From an uncultured Opitutales bacterium (GTDB lineage: Bacteria; Verrucomicrobiota; Verrucomicrobiia; Opitutales; Seribacteraceae): DNA of 64,000 nucleotides. How positions within the stretch are numbered: position 1 is the stretch's first letter; every line of letters begins with the position of its first letter. Positions 60,834-64,000 of the stretch are shown here, piece by piece. The position numbers and the translations under genes are program-made. The notes under the pieces were generated by a model that saw nothing but the letters and a program-made list of their open reading frames with translations, was not told the DNA's origin and searched no databases. The DNA lies in assembly GCA_943787575.1 (NCBI GenBank), contig CALSMY010000018.1, positions 1,240 through 65,239 of the forward strand, written 5' to 3'.

Positions 60834-61241
60834 ATGCCCAGGGATAAAGAATATGCAGTCGTGCTTTTCGATGGCGTTTGCCACCTCTGTGACGGAGCGG
60901 TCCGATTTATTTTGCGTCGGGAAAATTCCACATTGTTACGCTTTGCTCCTTTGCAGTCGGAAGCGGGTAAAGCTTTGCTAATGAAATACGGATATTCGGA
61001 AAACTATTTGGATGGCTTGATCTTTATTGAGAATAAACGAGCTCATGACCGTTCATCTGCCTGTTTGCATATTGCGGGTAAACTCAAATTGCCCTGGAAG
61101 TTGTTTGTTATTTTCCTGCTTGTTCCCAAGCCATTACGCGACCTTGTTTATCGGATGGTTGCGGTTGCTCGTTACCGGTGGTTTGGGAAAAAGGAAGTAT
61201 GTTCCCTGCCACAGGGAGAAGATCAGGCACGCTTTCTTTAA
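60834..61241 (+). CDS. DCC-family thiol-disulfide oxidoreductase (DUF393)
   Basis: VLFDGVCHLC, FAPLQS, RD..YR.VA..RYRWFG...C. Confidence 0.92.
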   Translation: MPRDKEYAVVLFDGVCHLCDGAVRFILRRENSTLLRFAPLQSEAGKALLMKYGYSENYLDGLIFIENKRAHDRSSACLHIAGKLKLPWKLFVIFLLVPKPLRDLVYRMVAVARYRWFGKKEVCSLPQGEDQARFL

Positions 61242-61248
61242 AAACTCT

Positions 61249-62086
61249 TTACTCCGCCAGTGCGGGGATCAGGTGTGCGAGGAGTCGGGTCATTCGGGGT
61301 AAGGCTAGTTCGGAGGTTCGCGTGACATCCTCGTGTGTAAGTGCATCGCTGTTCCGACCAGCGGCCAAGTTACTGATGCATGAAATGGCTCCGACTTTTA
61401 AACCAAGTCCGTTTGCCACCATGGCTTCTGGTGTCGTCGACATGCCCACGGCGTCTGCACCTAAGCTGGCAAATGCCCGAATCTCCGCTGGTGTTTCGAA
61501 GGCGGGCCCGGAAAGGGCGAGGTAGGTACCTTCTTTAATTTCCTGTCCTGTTGCGTTCCCAGCCTGCTTAATTTTCTGGATCAGTCCTGGGTCGTACACT
61601 TTCGATTGGTCGGGGAAGCGGGGAATGGAGGGGTGTGGCCCCTGTCCGATTAGTGGATTGCCCCCCATAAAATTCAGATGATCCGAAAGGGCCAGGAAGT
61701 CACCGGGTTGCAAATCCTCCCGAATTCCCCCTGCGGCATTGGTCAGCAGTAGCGTGCTGACTCCGAGTGCGTGGGCGAGAAGAGCGGGAAAAATGACCGG
61801 TTCCCAGCCAACCCCTTCATAAAAGTGCCTACGGCCCTGAAAAATTAGAACATCCAGACCACCTGGGCCTGGCAAGCCAGAGGTTTCCCTCATGCCCATC
61901 AACCGTGGTGGAGCCCATACCAGGCAATTTTTCATACGGTATACTGGAAATGGGAGATAGTCCGTCTACAATTTCCCCCCATCCGGAACCGCAAACCAAA
62001 CAAGCTTGGGGATGGATATCCCCCCAGGTCTCGTCCAAAATTTTGCGGGCTTGTAGGAGCGAGGGGGACGGAGTTTCTTCAGCCAT
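61249..62086 (-). CDS. Purine-nucleoside phosphorylase, trimeric type (frameshift near 61868)
   Basis: CGSGWG and VDGHEG.L in one frame; [35 protein letters not shown] and ISNLAAG in the other. Confidence 0.92.
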
Positions 62087-63266
62087 AAGTAAGTTCTACC
62101 CCATCCCGGCGGATGGTTACATGATTGGCTTGATCTGGGCGTAGAGAGGCTTCGGTTTGGCCAACCACTTGGGCATCAATCCCGAAGGATTTGGAAATTT
62201 CAATGACTCGGTCGGCATGTTCGGGTGGGCAATATGCTTCTAAGCGATGTCCCATGTTGTAAACTTGGTGCATTTCCTCGTTGGTGGTGCCTGAGGCTTT
62301 TTGAATCTCTGCAAATAAGGGAGGAGGAACAAAAAGATTGTCCTTAATGTGATGCACGCCGGTTCCGAAGCGCATACACTTGGTTTGTCCACCGCCTGAA
62401 CAATGAACCAACCCTTTCAGTTGGTCGCCAAGTTCCTCTGCCATAGCCTTGGCTACCGGCAGATAAGTGCGGGTGGGGCTGAGCAATGCCTGGCCTACAC
62501 TCAAACTAGAACCTGGGAGTGGGTCTGCCATACGGTAGGGCCCGCAGTATATGTATTCCTCCGGGGTTTTGGAATCGTAGGTTTCCGGGTATTGTTCGAA
62601 ATAATGCTTTGATAAAAGTTCATGCCTGGCACTGGTAAGTCCATTGCTTCCAATACCACTATTCTCAATCTTTTCATAGCTTGCTTGTCCGCTGGAGGAT
62701 AGCCCGACAATTGCTAAGCCCGGGCAAATTCGGGAATTATCGATCACCCGGTCACGTTCCATTACCGCTACGGCACAAGAATCCACCGCCACCGTGCCGG
62801 TCAGGTCTCCAACATCTGCAGTCTCCCCTCCCCCGCTGAGTACAGAAATGCCGAGATCCCGTAAGGATTGTAAAAACTCTTCAGTTCCTTCGATCAATGC
62901 TGCCAGAGCGTCGGCGGGAAAGTTTCTTGCATTCCGGTTAACGGTGCTGGAAATCATTACTCTTTCCCACGAACCCACACAGGCCAAGTCATCCAAATTC
63001 ATGACCAAACTATCCTGAGCAATTCCTTTAAATACAGAGGCATCTCCAGTCTCCCGATACCAGAGATATCCAAGTATCGATTTGGTGCCTGCCCCATCGG
63101 AATGAATGACATTGCAAAAATCATCCCGTCCGGTGAGTGCATCCGGGGTAATTTTGCAAAAAGCCCCGGGGAATAATCCACGGTCCATACGATCCACCAC
63201 GCGGTGAACTTCCTCCTTGCTCGAAGACACGCCTCGTTGATTGTAGCGATTTTGGGAACCTTCCAT
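62079..63266 (-). CDS. purM: Phosphoribosylformylglycinamidine cyclo-ligase (AIR synthase), Bacteroidota-like subtype
   Basis: [70 protein letters not shown]; start at ATG 63266. Confidence 0.88.
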   Translation of the reverse strand: MEGSQNRYNQRGVSSSKEEVHRVVDRMDRGLFPGAFCKITPDALTGRDDFCNVIHSDGAGTKSILGYLWYRETGDASVFKGIAQDSLVMNLDDLACVGSWERVMISSTVNRNARNFPADALAALIEGTEEFLQSLRDLGISVLSGGGETADVGDLTGTVAVDSCAVAVMERDRVIDNSRICPGLAIVGLSSSGQASYEKIENSGIGSNGLTSARHELLSKHYFEQYPETYDSKTPEEYIYCGPYRMADPLPGSSLSVGQALLSPTRTYLPVAKAMAEELGDQLKGLVHCSGGGQTKCMRFGTGVHHIKDNLFVPPPLFAEIQKASGTTNEEMHQVYNMGHRLEAYCPPEHADRVIEISKSFGIDAQVVGQTEASLRPDQANHVTIRRDGVELTYG

Positions 63267-63341
63267 GATTCTATCTCCTACTACTTGCTTGCCCCCTTGA
63301 CCATCCGAAAGCACTTTGGATCGTTCAATTACCAAAAAAAT

Positions 63342-64000
63342 TTGAAATTTAGGGTACAGTCATACTTGGAATTTGCGTCTTGGAAGCACAAAGCCCTCCC
63401 CCATTTGAGAAAAGAGGAAGGATGGAACAATCTATTTTGGCAAATTATGCGGACGAGAGAAAAATCCTCCAGAAAAAGCTGGGCAGGAAATATTTTCCAA
63501 GAGGGAAGAGTTCGATTATCTGCCCTCCTAACCCCCTCTAATTTTCTGCTACTATCCCATGGGTCCTTACGCGCGGTCGAAGCCCTCGGAAAATATGTTC
63601 ATCTAAGAAAGTGGAAATTGGATGGAGTCAGCGGTCCGGTAAATTTGGTAAACCAATTTCTTTTATCAGCAAATTTACAACCAAAAGATGAACCAAGTAT
63701 TTCCGCTCGTGACTTTAAACTTTTTCAAACTACTTCAAAAATAAATCCAACCAGGCGGGATGGATATGAGCTATATCGAGTTGAAGGCAAAGAATGGCCA
63801 AGGGCAAGGGTATGGGCTCATAAGTTTGCAATGGAAGCGAACCCTCCGATGGACTTAGCCGCCATTACCCAAATGGCCAAGCAAATGCAGGCTGCAAAAA
63901 ATTTATTTATTCTGAGAAATTCAGAAAATATATTCTGTGCCATGGCTGGGTTTGGCCGTTCCACTGAACGGTATCAGGTGATCAATATGGTTTATGTACC
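63342..64000 (+). CDS. Probable GNAT-family acetyltransferase, 3'-truncated by the window edge (absent from the ORF track)
   Basis: Frame open from TTG 63342 to the end of the window: ...EEGWNNLFW...GVSGP...[21 protein letters not shown]; exact start uncertain. Confidence 0.65.
   Translation, partial: MKFRVQSYLEFASWKHKALPHLRKEEGWNNLFWQIMRTREKSSRKSWAGNIFQEGRVRLSALLTPSNFLLLSHGSLRAVEALGKYVHLRKWKLDGVSGPVNLVNQFLLSANLQPKDEPSISARDFKLFQTTSKINPTRRDGYELYRVEGKEWPRARVWAHKFAMEANPPMDLAAITQMAKQMQAAKNLFILRNSENIFCAMAGFGRSTERYQVINMVYV

Noticed and set aside
63297-63328. Hairpin in the purM/GNAT divergent spacer as a purine or ZMP riboswitch
   Set aside because: It is a single short imperfect stem with no aptamer consensus and too little space

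Overview
Gene-dense, mostly core-genome segment of an AT-rich bacterium, most likely Verrucomicrobiota (Opitutales/Puniceicoccales-like). That placement is inferred from a double-length UvrA, a MetX-MetW fusion, Verru_Chthon-type pilin-like proteins, a planctomycete-type cytochrome c, DUF5069 and rpsF-ssb-rplI without rpsR. Contents: nfeD-nfeD-floA; a MacAB-TolC-type export cluster flanked by Cys-rich accessory genes; rplY-pth-rpsF-ssb-rplI-dnaB-bamA-skp-lpxD-prs-degP; pyrE; an RsbU/STAS pair; tyrS; uvrA; tRNA-Glu(TTC); rpmH-rnpA-yidC-yebC-metXW; hrpB-yraN-zwf-msrA; psd; rpmB; apbE divergent from a diheme cytochrome c/FGE-fold protein; a giant pilin-like protein; hisI; purine nucleoside phosphorylase; purM. 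About 14 single-base indels break otherwise intact genes (rpsF, bamA, skp, degP, the giant pilin-like gene, hisI, PNP) and are best read as sequencing/assembly errors. I saw no mobile element, CRISPR array or rRNA. Best leads: (1) YidC fused to a C-terminal J-like domain in which HPD is replaced by TSK, with a CxCxxC insert in its periplasmic domain; (2) an ApbE-linked diheme cytochrome c/FGE-fold protein carrying a flavinylation-like DAVTKPT motif; (3) a Cys-rich, possibly metal-handling tripartite ABC exporter. All family assignments come from motif recognition by eye; no database search was run.
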